A stretch of 64,000 bases of DNA from Malacoraja senta (lineage: Eukaryota). Numbering within the stretch: the stretch's first letter is position 1; each line of letters begins with the position of its first letter. The translations under genes and the position numbers were made by a program. Location: contig CM075993.1 of the NCBI GenBank assembly GCA_038087875.1, positions 3,536,001-3,600,000 on the forward strand, read 5' to 3'. The notes under the pieces were generated by a model that saw only the letters and a list, made by a program, of their open reading frames with translations, was not told the DNA's origin and made no database searches. Shown here piece by piece: positions 15,120 to 29,300 of this stretch.

Positions 15120-15838
15120 CTGACTCCATTTATACCTCGCGCTGCCTCGGCAAGGCCAGCAACATAATCAAGGATGTCGCACCCTGGCCACTCCCTCTTC
15201 TCCCCTCTCCCATCAGGCAAAAGGTACAGAAGTGTGAAAACGCTCACCTCCCAGATTCAGAGACAGTTTCTTCCCAGCTGTTATCAGGCAACTGAATCAT
15301 CCTACCACAACCAGAGAGCAGTGTTGAACTACAACCTACCTCTTTGGTGACCTTTGGACTATCCTTGATCGGACTTTGCTGGCTTTACCTTGAACTAAAC
15401 GTTATTCCCTTATGTATTTGTACGCTGTGAATGGATCGATTGTAATCATGTATTTTGTTTAGATTAGAGATACAGCACGGAAACAGGCCCTTCAGTCCAC
15501 AGAGTCTGCACCGACCAGCGATCCCCGCACATTAAAACCATCCTACACACACTAGGGACAATTTACACTTAGACCAAGTCAATTAACCTACAAACCTGTA
15601 CATCTTTGGAGTGTGGGAGGAAACCAAAGATCTCAGAGAAAAGTCACGGGGAAACGTACAAACTCTGTGCAGACAGCACCCGTAGTCGGGATCGAACCTG
15701 GGTCTCTAGTGCTCCAAGCGCTGTAAGGCAGCAACTCTACCACTGCGCCACCGTGTATTTTCTTTCTGCTGACTGGTTAGCACGCAACCAAAGCTTTTCA
15801 CTGTACCCGCGACAATAAACTGAACAGAAACTAAACTG
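15120..15838 (+). mobile_element. Rex/Babar-type LINE 3' end, interrupted by an antisense HE1 SINE (about 15455-15754)
   Basis: Conceptual translation IYTSRCLGKASNIIKD..HPGHSLFSPLPSGKRYRSVKT; tail ...gacaataaactgaac. Related pieces at about 11950-12215(-), 40950-41210(+), 53790-54205(-) and 62020-62480(+). Confidence 0.75.
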
Positions 15839-15849
15839 ATTTTTTTTAA

Positions 15850-16044
<195 letters not shown>

Positions 16045-17160
16045 CAGAACCTAAATGCCATGGAACTTTTTTTTTTAAACTGCTCAACATTGAACCAAGA
16101 GTGCTGAGACTTTTACAAAGCAATCTTTCAAAAAAAAAAGAACTCTGCATATCATGGCCTTGTGTTTCATTCTCCTCTCTCTTTCTCCTTTTCTCCCCCC
16201 CTCTCTTTCTCTCCCTTTCTCCCTCTCTCCTTCGCTCCTTCTCTCCTTCTCTCCCCCCCACCCCCCAAAGTTGTATACTGCAGCGGCACAGTGATCCCCT
16301 TATCCCCACTAGAAAAAGCATGCTTACACATCTTTTGTCAGGACCTTCAGTCGTTTGTGGTCTTTGTTTTGTGCCAAGTGCCTCCAGCCAAAAGATGGTG
16401 CTTATTTGCTTATCTATACTTTGCGACATTTGTCCTACCAAAATTTTGTGTCAAAATGAGGTCTAGTGGTGAAACATTTCTCTTAACCAACATAACATGG
16501 TTTTGTGTTGTTTTTTTTGCATTCCCACCTAAATATGTTTATTCGGATTTTTAAAGAAAAAAATACTTGTAGTTTTTATAAACGAAAAATGGATTTTCAG
16601 TTTTATGTTCTGTAATGCTCCACTGATTTGAAGTGAACTCGTTGCATGTAGTGTGGGAGGTGTACATTGCACTCATTTTAGCTGCCAAGACTGAGATTAA
16701 AATATTGAAATAAACCATTCCATAATGACCATTTCTAAATGGCTGTTACGTTTTAAAATTAGATTTTTTGAAAACTTGGAAGAATTTTCCTGCTGTCTTT
16801 GTCTTAACCCTGTTGTAGCCTCGTTGATCTCCAACTGAGAGAGTACTGGAATGGCTTTGCTGGACTCTGTTCTGCTCTGGTGTTGCCTGTCTTACAGGTG
16901 CTGGGCTATAACCAGAAAATGAATTCATGTTTTATTCCAAAAAGTTTTATTCCAGGCTTGTTTGTATATGGCAAAATTATGGATTTTTGATTCTTCACCT
17001 GTAGATAAAGTCAGTGATGCTTGTGGCTGACAAGGTACATTTGCAACATGAGATATGTGAAATAAAGGTAGTTAATTGCACAGATGCATTGGAGATGTCA
17101 CAAGTGATTTATGTTTATCTGTTTATAAATAAAGCACAAGCTGTTGGAAAAACACAACTA
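16045..17160 (+). terminator. CSK: CSK 3' UTR with candidate polyadenylation signals
   Basis: Stretch after the stop codon with no recognisable transposon; AATAAA at 16709-16714, 17061-17066 and 17128-17133. The 3' end actually used cannot be determined from sequence. Confidence 0.6.
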
Positions 17161-17373
17161 GATAAAATGCTCATTTGGTGAAAGAAGTACGTTTTGCCAC
17201 ATTTGATGATTTGACCAATTCTTGTAATATTGTAACAAAGTCAAATGAAAAAAATTAGATACCCCATAATCTTGAACGTAATTCTCCTCCAGCATGATTA
17301 TAATTTTTGATTTGATTATTTGAGATGTGCGCGAGTTTGTCGCATCAGGTGAACATGGCAGAGTTGGCCGTAG

Positions 17374-17595
17374 ACAGACACAGCATGCTGGAGTAACTCA
17401 GCGGGACAGGCAGCATCTCTGGATAGAAGGAATGGGTGATGTTTCGGGTCGAGACCTTTCTTCAGACTCTTAAGAAGGGTCTCGACCCGAAACGTCAGCC
17501 ATTCCTTCTATCCAAAGATGCTGCCTGTCCCGCTGAGTTACTCCAGCATTTTGTGCCTATGGTGTAAACCAGCATCTGCTGTTCCTTCCTACACA
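17374..17595. repeat. Inverted pair of Penelope-derived units
   Basis: gctggagtaactcagcgggacaggcagcatc...gtttcgggtcgagacc, mirrored by gggtctcgacccgaaac...gatgctgcctgtcccgctgagttactccagc. Confidence 0.85.
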
Positions 17596-20500
17596 TGGCA
17601 GATTTGGCTGTACAGTCAGCATCAATGCCTCATTAATCGATGGGATCTGTAAGCATGTTCTCTGCACAACTTGGATGCAAAGGTTATGATGCATGTCTCA
17701 TTCCTGCCTCCAGCAGAGGGAGTTGATGATCAATATCACTTTCAGAGGAATTAATTCAATGCGCATGTTTTAAAATGTTACCCAGCAATTTGTCTCGACG
17801 CTCACTGACATAACCTTACATTGGAGTGTTGGTGGTTTGGGCGTTCGTCACACAACTTGTGTTTTCTTTCCTGTGTTATTAAGTGAGTCTGCACAGATGA
17901 GAGCAAGATCAAGCCCTACACTGAACAACGAAATAGCCGCTGCTGTGCACACAAGTCGTGAAAATGGCTGCATACACAAGATGCTGGAATTCTGACTTGC
18001 TACAGTCTGGACCGAAGTCTGGGAAAAAAATGACAAAGTGAAGCTGCATGGTGTTTGGGATTGATTTTGTTTTAATTAAATTCTCATCAACTTGTCCACA
18101 TTTTTTAAGCATTGTGCTGAGGGTGAGTAATTGTATATGTTCTAAAATGCAGGCTCGTGGTATTAAGGGATTGTTTAGTAGGTTTTTACAGCATGCAGGT
18201 CCCTAGTGTGTAGGATCGTGTTAGCGCACGGAGTGATCGCTGGTCAGCGCCGACTCATTGGGCCGAAGGGCCTGTTTCTGTGCTGTTTCCCTAAAGCCTA
18301 ACGTCAGTGAACTAGTAAAACAGATGCTGTGATCCTTGCCACAGTGGTATTTGCAGTTATTTTTTTTAAATCAGAATTATTTACTTTCCAAAGATAGACA
18401 CAAAATGCTGGAGTAACTCAGCGGGACAGGCAGCATCTCTGGAGCGAGGGAATGGGTGACATTTCGGGTCAAGACCCTTCTTCAGACTGAAAGTCATGGG
18501 AATGGGAAACGAGAGATGTCGACGATGATGCAGTCCATAACGTGACCCATTCCTTCTCTCCAGAGATGCTTCTGGTCTCCTGCATTTTGTGTCTATCTTC
18601 GGTTTAAACCAGCATCTGCAGATCCTTCCTACTCATTTCCTTTCCAGTTTGGTTAAAGTTTGCATTGCTTCTTCAACTATGCAATGCCTTTCACTTAATG
18701 ACTGGCGTGGTAGTGTTTGTGATCTTCCCAGAAATGCTGCTTGTGAGGCTGCAATCCTTGCTGCGTTAGCAATGAGCTGACAAATGGGCTTGTTAATTAT
18801 CTGCCCTATCCATGTCTACAACTGCTTAAGCCCCTGGCTCTAGAATTCTTTCTAAAATTCAATTTTGTGCTGTGCAACTCGAGCTTTGTTGTCTTTCCTA
18901 AAGTGTGGTTATGCTACCGAGCCATGGAGTCATACAGCATGTCAGAGATTTTGTGGCAGAGATAGATAGATTCTTGATTATAGTGCGGATGTCAGGAGTT
19001 ATGGGGATTAGGCAGGAGAATGGGGTTCGGAGGGAGAGATAGATCAGCCATGGTTGAATGGCGGAGTAGACTTGAGCCGAATGGCCTAATTCTGCTCCTA
19101 TCACTTATGACCTTATGAAACAGACCCTTCGGCCCATCTCGTCCATGCTGACCAAGAAGCCCCACCTAATCCAGTCTAATTTACCCATGTTATCCCCTTC
19201 CTGTGTAAACCATTCCTATACATGTAGATGTCCAAATGTCTTGCAAATGGTGTGGTGTCTTAGCACCTCGACTATCTTGGTTTTTAAATGTAAGCTAATT
19301 TAATTGTCCGTGTTATTCCAAACCAATGCAATTATGAAGTGTCAAAATGATAATTCAAGAAACTAATTTCAAACAAGCTCATTTTATCAGAATCTTGAGC
19401 AAGAAAACAAGCCACTGGAGTCGGGATGCATCTACAGAAGGAAATGGACAGACGATGTTTCAGGCCTGGACCCTCCTTCAGACTTTAAACCAACTTACGA
19501 TACGATACCATAGAACTTTATTCATCCCAGGAAGCAAATTGATCTGCCAACAGTCAACAAACAAAAGACAATACATTAAATTAAAATGACGAGTGGAAAC
19601 GATTGGGGATGTGCCAAGATAGGGAGGGGGGGAGGGGGGGGGAAGAGGAGAGTCAGTCTACCCCATGACAGAAGGGGGAGGAGATGTACAGTTTGGATAG
19701 CCACAGGGGAAAAGGATATCCTGCAGTGTTCTCCTGCATCTTGGTAGAACTAGTCTTGCTGAAGGTACTCCTCAGGTTGACCAGTGCGTCACGGAGGGGG
19801 TGAGCTGTATTGTCCAGGATGCTCCGCAGTTTGAGAAGCATCCTCCCCTCCACGACCACCTTGTGTTTGCTCATTCTTTTATTAATTTGTGCTTCTGTAT
19901 CTAGTCCATTAATTTGCACACTGATGCTGTATCCTATTTTCACCAAAGGCCTCTTCCTGCAATTTGATTTCTCCAGTCACTAGTTAGCATGTTCAGAAGA
20001 TAACTTTGTCTCATCCATTCAGTGATTTCCAGATCAGAATCAATCACTAGATCTTAATATTTTCTGAATGATGTGTTGGAATCCATTTGGTTATTTGGAG
20101 CCAAGGTGAGATTGGATTGTAGTAATTTGATATTTCTGGAACTATTTGTGATACCTTTTCAGACTGGATGAGTTTGAACCTAGTTAAGCTTTCCATCTTT
20201 TATAGATAACTTGTTGAAATATTTTGTCGGGTTCACTTGGATTAGTTGCAGTATTTCCAAAATTAAAATTCTCTGCAAGTAGCCACAGACCAGACTGATG
20301 ATGATGACCAGATGTGTAGGAAGGAACTGCAGATGCTGGTTTGCACCGAAGATAGTCACAAAATGTTGGAGTTTGAAGAAGGGTCTCGACCTGAAACGTC
20401 ACCCATTCCTTCTATCCAGAGATGCTGTCTGACCCGCTGAGTTACTTCAGCATTTTGTGTCTATTATAGATGATGACCAGAGATTGTTCTCCCAGTACAA

Positions 20501-23375
20501 CGTTCTTTTGTTACAGACTACAGGAGTAATATGACAGTTTCCTGGTACCTGCCTTGTCACTTAAGTTGAGATAGACCCCAAATATTGTAGTTACTGAGCG
20601 GGACAGGCAGCATCTCTGGAGAGAAGGAATGGGTGACGTTTTGGGTCATGAACGTCTGAAGAAGGGTCTTGACTCGTAACGCCTTCTCTCCAGAGGTGCT
20701 GCTTGTCCCGCTGAGTTACTCCTGTCGGAATAAACCAGCATCTGCAGTTCCTTCCTACACACTCAAGTTGAGATATTTATTATGCATCTAAAAACCTAAG
20801 AAAACAATCTGTGCTGATAGTCTCAAGAAGCTAAATATGGATATTTCAAAATAGAAATTTAATTTGCAATTTGGCATGCACATGATAATTAAATTCATGG
20901 TAATCTAGAAATGGGATAAAAGTAACAGGTATAAAATCCATGAATTGTGCTTTTGTTTGGTTGAGGCAACTGTTACAGTCTGATCTTGGGCAATTTATTC
21001 TACATTGGACATATACTTGGCTAGAGTGCAAATCTTGTTCAAGGGAATCTTGGTGGGCTGAGAAGGGAAGGGTACATTTAATTTTGAATACAGTATTCTC
21101 AGTGATGCAGCTTGGAAAAAGGCCTTCCGGCCCATGCCAACCACCGATCTGAAGGGTTTAGGCCCGAAACGTTGCCTATTTCTTTCACTCCATAGATGCT
21201 GCCGCACCCGCTGAGTTTCTCCAGCACTTTTGTCTACCTTCGATTTTCCAGCATCTGCAGTTCCTTCTTAAACACCTGTTCACACAAGTTCTACATTATC
21301 TCTTTCGCATCCACTCCCTGCACACTAGAGGCAATATAAAGGCCAATTAACCTACAAGCCCGCACGTCTTTTGGACGTGGGAGGGAAACAGACCGCGCGG
21401 TCACAGGGAGAACGTGCAAACTCCACGCAGACAGCACCCGAGGTCAGGATCTCTGGCGCTGTGAGCCATCGGCTCTGCCATTCTGCCGCCCACAAGTGGT
21501 GATCCTGACCAGTGACTGAAATTGAAAACATTTCCCATCAAAGGCCAAGCTGTGCAATTCCATTTAAATATGCAACTCTAAAAATAACAGTGCGCCATCA
21601 TACGGGTATTCTTGAGCCCTATAAGTACATAGAAGTGGAATAAATGTTTCCTTGCTAATCTGTATTCCAAGAACAAATTGTGCAAGGATTGAAATGGTTT
21701 CTGTAGAGATATTTGGCCTTCATTCTTTGAAAAGTGAATGGTAGCTGGCAAGTCAAACATTTCTCCCTGAAATCTTTATTTTCTGCAAATAAGCATTTCA
21801 AGGGACTGATTTTTTTGCTGAATAATGGCAGACGGTCTTTGTCGAGATGTCTCTGAAGCTGCTGGCACGCTACTTGTGACATATGTTACACAGATTAGAT
21901 CAACTCTTTTGCTTACGAGCTTTACTGTGCGTCTCCCAAGAAGGTCTTGTTCGGTGAACTGCAAATACGGCCATACATAATATCCTGTTGCGTATGGTGT
22001 AAGGTTGCTAAAAGATAATTTTTAATAATGATGCGGTGTTGGATTTATTGTGGTCAACATGGGTGCTGATTGTGGTTATGAAGCCAAGTAACTGCTGGTG
22101 TGTTTTACTGCCCTCTGTGGCCCATTCTGTTGGGTAGCAAGCATTGATGCTGATGCCAATGAACTTGATATGCAACCCACCAGGAAAAGTGACAGCCAGC
22201 AAAAGCTGATTATCATAGTCAATTTGAGTTTTATTATCATATGCACAAGTGCAATGAGGTAGAGTGGCATGGTGGCGTATCGGGAGAGCACCTGCCTAAC
22301 AGCACCAGAGACTCGGGTTCGATCCTGACTACGGGTACTTGTCAGTACGGAGTTTGTACGTTCTCCCCGTAGGATTTTTCAGGGACCTCCAGTTTCCACC
22401 AACATTCCAAAGATATATATGTTTGCAGGTTAATTGGATTGGTATAATTGTAAATTCGGCCCCTCAAGTCTGCTCTGCCATTCAATAATGGCTGATCTGT
22501 CTCTCCCACATAACCATATTTTCCTGCCTTCTTCCCATAACCCCTGACACCCGTACTAATCAAGAATCTATCTTTCCCTGTCATAACAATATCCTTTGAC
22601 TTGGCCTCCTCAGCCTTCTGTGGCAAAGAATTCTACAGATTCACCACCCTCTGACTAAAGAAATTCCTCCTCATCTCCTTCCCAAAGGAACGTCCTTCAA
22701 TTCTGAGGCTGTGACCTCTAGTCTTAAACTCTCCCACTGGTGGAAACATCCTCTCCACATCCACTCAATCCAAGCCTTTCCCTATTCGGTAACTTTCAAT
22801 GAGGTCCCCCCCCTCAATGGTGGGATTACTTCACGATGGATGCTGCTGGATTTGCAGGAAAAATGTTCCTGGTGTTTGGGGAGTCCAGAGCCAGGGGTCA
22901 CAGTTCAAGAATAATGGGGTAGGGCATTTAGGACTGAGATGATGAAAAACCTTTTCACCCAGTGAGTTGTGAATCTGCGGAATTCTCTGCGACAGAAGGC
23001 AGTGGAGGCCAATTCACTGGATGTTTTCAAGAGAGAGTTAGATTTAACTCTTAGGGCTAACGGGATCAAGGGATATGGGGAAAAAAGCAGGAATGGGGTA
23101 ATGATTTTGGATGATCATATTGAATGACCTACTCCTGCACATTTTTTTTAAATGTTTCTATGTCTTGAGGCAGCATCTTGTGTAGATGTTGTGGTGGGAA
23201 GGGCTGTGCCTGTGATGGACTGAGCTGAGTCCAGCACTCTGCAGCCTCATGAAACTCCGAATTGAGCAGCAAGAACCGCCAGCCACCCTGATCATCACGG
23301 TCGATTTGAGTATCGCCATGCGCACAAGTACAATGAAAATCGTGCTTGCAGCAACATCACGGGCTTCTTGTTCAC

Positions 23376-23667
23376 TTTAGTTTAGAGATACAGCGTGGAA
23401 ACAAACCCTTCGGCCCGCCGACCAGCGATCCCCGCACATTAACACTATCCTACACACAGTGGGGACAGTTTTACATTTGACACCAAGCCAATTAACCTAC
23501 AAGCCTGCACGTCTTTGGAGTGTGGGAGGAAACCGAAGATCTCGGAGAAAACCCACGCGGTCACGGGGAGAACGTACAAACTCCGTACAGACAGCACCCA
23601 TCGTCGGGATCGAACCCGGGTCTCTGGCGCTGTAAGGCAGCAACTCTACCGCTGCGCCACCGTGGCC
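23376..23667 (-). mobile_element. HE1-type V-SINE
   Basis: Head, V domain and tail all recognisable. Confidence 0.88.
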
Positions 23668-24840
23668 ACAGGAGGTGTTTGTCGAAGGAGTATGTTTGGG
23701 GGGGCCTTTGAGACCTCTCTTTGCTTGCACTCGTCTCCATTGGAGTGGCTTCCAATTCCCCAGGTCACGTCTGAGGTGACCCAGCCACCCACTACGTTCC
23801 GCAGTAAATTATCATCGAAACTGCAGATGCAGGAAACCTGAAATAAAAAGGGAAAAAGTTGGGAACAATTCAGTTGATTAGGCAGCATGGAGTGATACAG
23901 CGTGGAAGCAGGTGCTTCAGCCCAACTTGCACACAGCGGCCAACATGTCCTAGCTACACTAGTCCCACCTGCCCACCTGTTTGGTCCAAACCAGTCCTAT
24001 CCATGTGCCTATCTAACTGCTTCTTAAATGTTGCAATAGTCCCTGCCTCAACTACCTTCTCTGACAGCTTGTTCCATACACCCACCACCCTTTGTGTGGA
24101 AAAAGTTACCCCTCCGATTCCTGCGAAATCTTTTCACCTTCATCTTAAATCTATGGCCTTTGGTCCTCGATTCACCTATTCCGGGCAAGAGACTCTGTGC
24201 ATCTACCCGATTCATTCCTCTCATGATTTTATACCACGATAAGATCATCCCTCATCCTCCTGCTCTCCAGGGAATAGAGTCCCAGCCGACTCAACCTCTC
24301 CCAATAGCTCAGACCTCTAGACCTGGCAACATCCTTGAAAATATCAGTACTCCTTCCAGCTTGACAACCTCTTTCCTAGAACATTTCCTACAGCAACTGA
24401 GGAAAGAAATGGTTAATGGTTTCAGGACCAAGAACAAATGCCTGGCTCGCATCCTGCAACAGTAACACTGGAAGGGAATAAAGAATGTGTTCATATTTTA
24501 AAGTTGTTCCAACTTGCAATGGAGTAAGCTTTGTATCTGCCACGCTGAGAGAATTTGTAGAAGGAATCTAGGTGTGCAGGAGTAAAGGTGCCTCACATTG
24601 TAATACAATTTGTTGTAGAAAGGTACCTCGTTAAGTAAACAAGATTTCCATATACAAATTAAACAAATCCGACGGACTTCATGCTGTTGCACAAGACTGG
24701 AGATCCCTGGCATGACTAATGATCTGCACACAGGACTTTAAACCTCACAGCAAGAGCAAGAGAATTTAAAATTGGGTAAAAAAAAAAATCCAGAATTTAA
24801 AAAATGACAACCTCGAACCATGCACACAAGTACTGGAGTA

Positions 24841-24972
24841 GTCTGAAGAAGGGTTTCGGCCTGAAACGTCACCTATTTCCTTCGCTTCATAGATGCTGCC
24901 TCACCCACTGAGTTTCTCCAGCATTTTTGTCTACCTTTGATTTTCCAGCATCTACAGTTCCTTCTTAAACAT
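24841..24972 (+). mobile_element. Penelope-derived short repeat with hammerhead-like core
   Basis: gt-CTGAAGA-a-gggtttcggcct-GAAA-cg-TC-ac, followed by the recurrent ...gatgctgcc...ccagcatct.cagttcctt tail. Confidence 0.7.
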
Positions 24973-26369
24973 TCTGGAGTAGCTCAATGGGTCAGGGAGT
25001 ATCTCTGGAGAACGGGGATGGGTGACGTTTCAGGTCGGGACCCTTCTTCAGATTGAAGAAAAATCCTGACCCCAAACATTGCCTATCCAGGTTGAGTAGG
25101 CAAGGACTCTATTCCTGCAAGCGCAGGAGGATGTGGGGTGATCTTATAGAGGTGTTCAAAATCATGAGATGAATAGGTCGGGTAGATGTACAGAGTCTCT
25201 TGCCCGGAGTAGGGGAATCAAGAACCAAAGGACATCGGTTTAAGGTGAGGGGGGAAAGATTTGAGGATTCACTTTTTCACACAGGATGGTAGGTATATGG
25301 ATCAAAATGCTGGAGGAGGTAGTTGAGGCAGGTACTACCACAATATTTAAGAAACATTTATCAGGTATGTGGATAGGGCAGGGTAAGAGGAATATGGGCC
25401 AAATGCAGGTAGAAGGGACTGGTGTAGATGGGACATATTGGCCGGTGTGGGCAAGTTGGGCTGAAGGGCCTGTTTCCACGCTGTAAGACTATGACTATTC
25501 TCCAGAGATTGCGCCTGACCCACTGAGTTACTCCAGTACTTGTGTCCTTTGGTGTAAACAAGCATCTGCAGTTCCATATTTTTACACCAGAACCAACCAA
25601 TCATACTGCTCGTAGTATTGCAGAACGCCATTCTTCCATTAATTAAACTATTAATAAGGGAAGTGAAGTGATATATATATATATTTTCCCCTTGCACATA
25701 ACTTGAAACAAAGATTAGAAGAGGTGCGGAGATCGAACTACTTTGAAAATTAAGTGCAATGTCTCCTGAATTTTTACATCGTATTGTTAAACTTCAAAGA
25801 TCGCCACAAAATGCTGGCGTAACTCAGCGGGACAGGCAGCATCTCTGGAGAGAAGGAATGGGTGACATTTCTGGTCGAGACCCCTCTTCAGACTTGTTCA
25901 ACTTCAATCCTGGCTAGCTAAAAAAAAGTTGTTATCAGAGTTTAAAAACGGGTGCCTGCATTACCCATTTGGTAGATTAATTGAACTTGGAGCTAAGGGA
26001 ATTTTCTGCTTTGCCCATACAGGTCCCGAGTAATTATTTTTGCAAAGGTAATACTGTGCGTATCGCAATGGGGATCTAGATTGTGAAGTGCAGCCCAACA
26101 GAAGCTATTTACAGCTGCAGGCATGGCTGGGCAGGTTTTCCAGTCTCCGTGTCTGGGGCAGTTCCAAATGTGCAGGAAGGAACTGCAGATGTTGCTTTGA
26201 ACCGAGGATAGACACAAAAAGCTGGAGGAACTCAGCGGGACAAGCAGCATCTCTGGAGAAAAGTCATCCGAGAATTGATTGTAATCACGTACTTGTGTAA
26301 TGCCCATGTGCCAAGTGGTAGCATTGGTTAATTCAAAGTATGAAGTCACCAAACCTTAACCTCAACGCA

Positions 26370-27000
26370 GCATGGCTGATCTATCTCTCCCTCCTAACCC
26401 CATTCTCCTGCCTTCTCCCCATAACCTCTGACACCTGCACCAATCAAGAATCTATCTCTGCCTTAAAAATATCCATTGACTTGGCCTCCACAGCCTTCTG
26501 TGGCAAAGAATTCCACAGATTCACCACCCTCTGACTAAATAAATTCCTCCTCATCTCCTTCCTAAAAGAACATCCTTTAATTCTGAGGCTATGACCTCTA
26601 GTCCTAGACTCTCCCACTAGTGGAAACATCCTCTCCACATCCACTCCATATCCCTTGATTCCACTAGCCCCAAGAGCTCTATCTAACTCTCTCTTAAATC
26701 CATCCAGTGATTTGGCCTCCACTGCCCTCTGTGGCAGGGAATTCCACAAATTCATACCTCTCTGGGTGAAAAAGTTTTTTCTCACCTCAGTCTTAAATGG
26801 CCTCCCCTTTATTCTAAGACTGTGGCCCCTGGTTCTGGACTCGCCCAACATTGGGAACATTTTTCCTACACCTAGCCTGTCCAGTCCTTTTATAATTTTA
26901 TATGTTTCTATAAGATTCCCCCTCATCCTTCTAAACTCCAGTGAATACAAGCCTAGTCTTTTCAATCTTCCCTCAGGGATCAATCTCGTGAACACTGCCT
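26370..27000 (-). mobile_element. Two stacked CR1 3' fragments
   Basis: ORF track 26444-27007 contains RTRGHSLRIKG...FxQRxxNLWNSLPQ twice. Confidence 0.85.
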
Positions 27001-28999
27001 CAATCACAAAGTATCCTTTTGTGTTTTATGACTGTGAAGTTTAGCATTCTTATCACTTCATATTGTCTTTAGTAAACTGGATTAACTGAAACCAGGATAG
27101 TTGAAGGGGTAAAATTGATATCCATGATATTAAATCCATTTACAATAATGGGTGAAAAGCTAACCAGTTCTGGCAAAGGGTCTTAAGTCCTGAAATGTTA
27201 ACTGTTTCTCTTTCCATAGGTGTTGCCTGACCTGAGTATTTCCAGCATTTTGTTCTTATTTCAAATTTCCAACATCTGCTGGTCTGAAGAAGGATCCCGA
27301 CCGGAGAAGTCCCCCATCCATTCCCTCCACAGATGCTGCCTGACCTGCTGAGCTATTCCAGCAATTCGTAATTGGCTTAAGATTCAGGCATCTGCAGTTC
27401 CTTGTATCTCCACCAGGAGGTCTTTGGTTTGTTGGCATGTACTTCAGATCAGAATCAGAATTACACTTTATTCGCCAAGTATGTTTTGCACCATTCGAGG
27501 AATTTCAGGTCAGTCGTACAATTAAAAGTAACTTTTAAGAATAAGGGGTAAGCCATTTAGAACAGAGACGAGGAAACACTTTTTCTCACAGAGAGTTGAG
27601 AGTCTGTGGAATTCTCTGCCTCAGAGGGTGGTGGAGGCAGGTTCTCTGGATGCTTTCAAGAGAGAGCTAGATAGGGCTCTTAAAGATAGCGGAGTCAGTG
27701 GATATGGGGAGAAGGCAGGAACGGGATACTGATTGGGAACGATCAGCCATGATCACATTGAATGGCGGTTCTGGCTCGAAGGGCCGAATGGCCTACTCCT
27801 TGCACCTATTGTCTATAACAGATCACTTCAAAAACACATTTTAACATGAATATTCACCACAGTGACTCCTACACATTCCTCACTGTGATGGAAGGCGAAA
27901 TAAAGTTTAAGTCCTGCCCTTAGTTCTTCCTCGGTCGTGGGACTCGAGCCCCCATTGACGGGATGATCTTAATACTTTATGTTTTGACTTGATATAAAAG
28001 GAGGAAAAATGACCCTCATAAGTATTCAGGGAAATCCAGAAGAGAGAGATATTCACGGTGAAGGTAGACACAAAAAGCTGGAGTAACTCAGCGGGACAGG
28101 CAGCATCTCTGGAGAGAAGGTCTCGACTCGAAACGTCACCCATTCCTTTTCTCCAGAGATGCTGCCTGTCCCGCTGAGTTACTCCAGCATTTTGTGTGTA
28201 CCTTTGTATTATTCAACACCTTAGTATTAGTTTAAGAAAAAGGGGTAAGTCATTTGGAACGGAGACGAGGAAACACTTCTTCACACAGAGAGTGGTGAAT
28301 CTGTGGAATTCTCTGCCTCAGAGGGCGGTGGAGGCCAGTTCTCCGGATGCTTTCAAGAGAGAGCTAGATAGGGCTCTTAAAAATAGCGGAGTCAGGGGAT
28401 ATGGGGAGAAAGCAGGAATGGGGTACTGATTGGGGATGATCAGCTATGATCACATTGAATGGTGCTGCTGGCTCGAAGGGCCGAATGGCCTGCTCCTGCA
28501 CCTATTGTCTATTGTCCAAGCAATTCAATCAAATTATATATTATTTATTAAAGTTGTAGATAATGGCTGTACATGGAAGGGCCGAATGGCACCTATTGTC
28601 TATTGTCGATGTTCAATTCTCCCATCTCGCCAGCATTGTGCCTTGTCTTTAGAAAGACAGGCGCGAAACTTTGGGAGTTTCAGAACTCAAACCCTTATTG
28701 CAACTCTGCCTTCAGCTGGATTGATTGAATTCAACAGTTTGCAGTTTAGTTTACTGCCACGTGTGTCGAGGTAGAGTGAAAGGCTTTTGTTGCGTGCTAA
28801 AACCAGTCAGCAGAAAGGCAATACATGATTACAATCCAGTAGGAGAGAGACCCTTGGCAGTAGGTTCCAGGCACCCACCTGTGTGTTAAAACAAAAACGT
28901 TCCCTGCAAATCTCCTTTTAAACGTTCCCCTCTCTGCCCGTGAGAGCGGTGCCTGTGTTTTAGCTGGCTGGGACCTGTGAACAACACCACGTTGAGATA

Positions 29000-29131
29000 G
29001 GGACCTTATTGACCCAAGTACAAGCTCTTTACCCAGGCGGCGACAGCCAATAGATAGCTGCCTAGTGGCTCCTCTGTCTCGACGAGGATTTCCCCGGACG
29101 CCGGCCGGTTCAGTGCAAGGCAGGGCGAGCG
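29000..29131 (+). promoter_or_regulatory. Putative LMAN1L proximal promoter / 5' UTR
   Basis: Unique, locally CpG-enriched sequence with CCAAT at 29047-29051, just upstream of the ATG. Confidence 0.4.
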
Positions 29132-29300
29132 ATGCTGGCTCTTGTTGTGTCTGTGGTGCCCTTTATCTGCTTGCTCGCCGCTCCCACCTCCGGCCAGAGA
29201 GCGGAGGGGCCGCGTCGCAGGTTCGAATACAAACACAGCTTCAAAGGACCGCACTTGGTCTTGAGGGACGGCTCCATCCCCTTCTGGACCCACCACGGCA
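29132..29300 (+). CDS. LMAN1L: LMAN1L (ERGIC-53-like lectin) exon 1: signal peptide and start of L-type lectin domain
   Basis: ATG at 29132. Encodes MLALVVSVVPFICLLAAPTSGQRAEGPRRRFEYKHSFKGPHLVLRDGSIPFWTHHG, then A|gtaagt. RRFEYKxSFKGPHL is the ERGIC-53 signature. The symbol rests on synteny with CSK. Confidence 0.9.

Noticed and set aside
17850..27300. Additional protein-coding gene between CSK and LMAN1L
   Set aside because: The short ORFs are TE-derived or lack recognisable homology and consistent splice structure; non-coding elements cannot be excluded.
29047..29065. Possible ER-stress element (CCAAT-N9-CCACG) in the LMAN1L promoter
   Set aside because: The second half reads CCTAG, only 3 of 5 matching; too weak to call.
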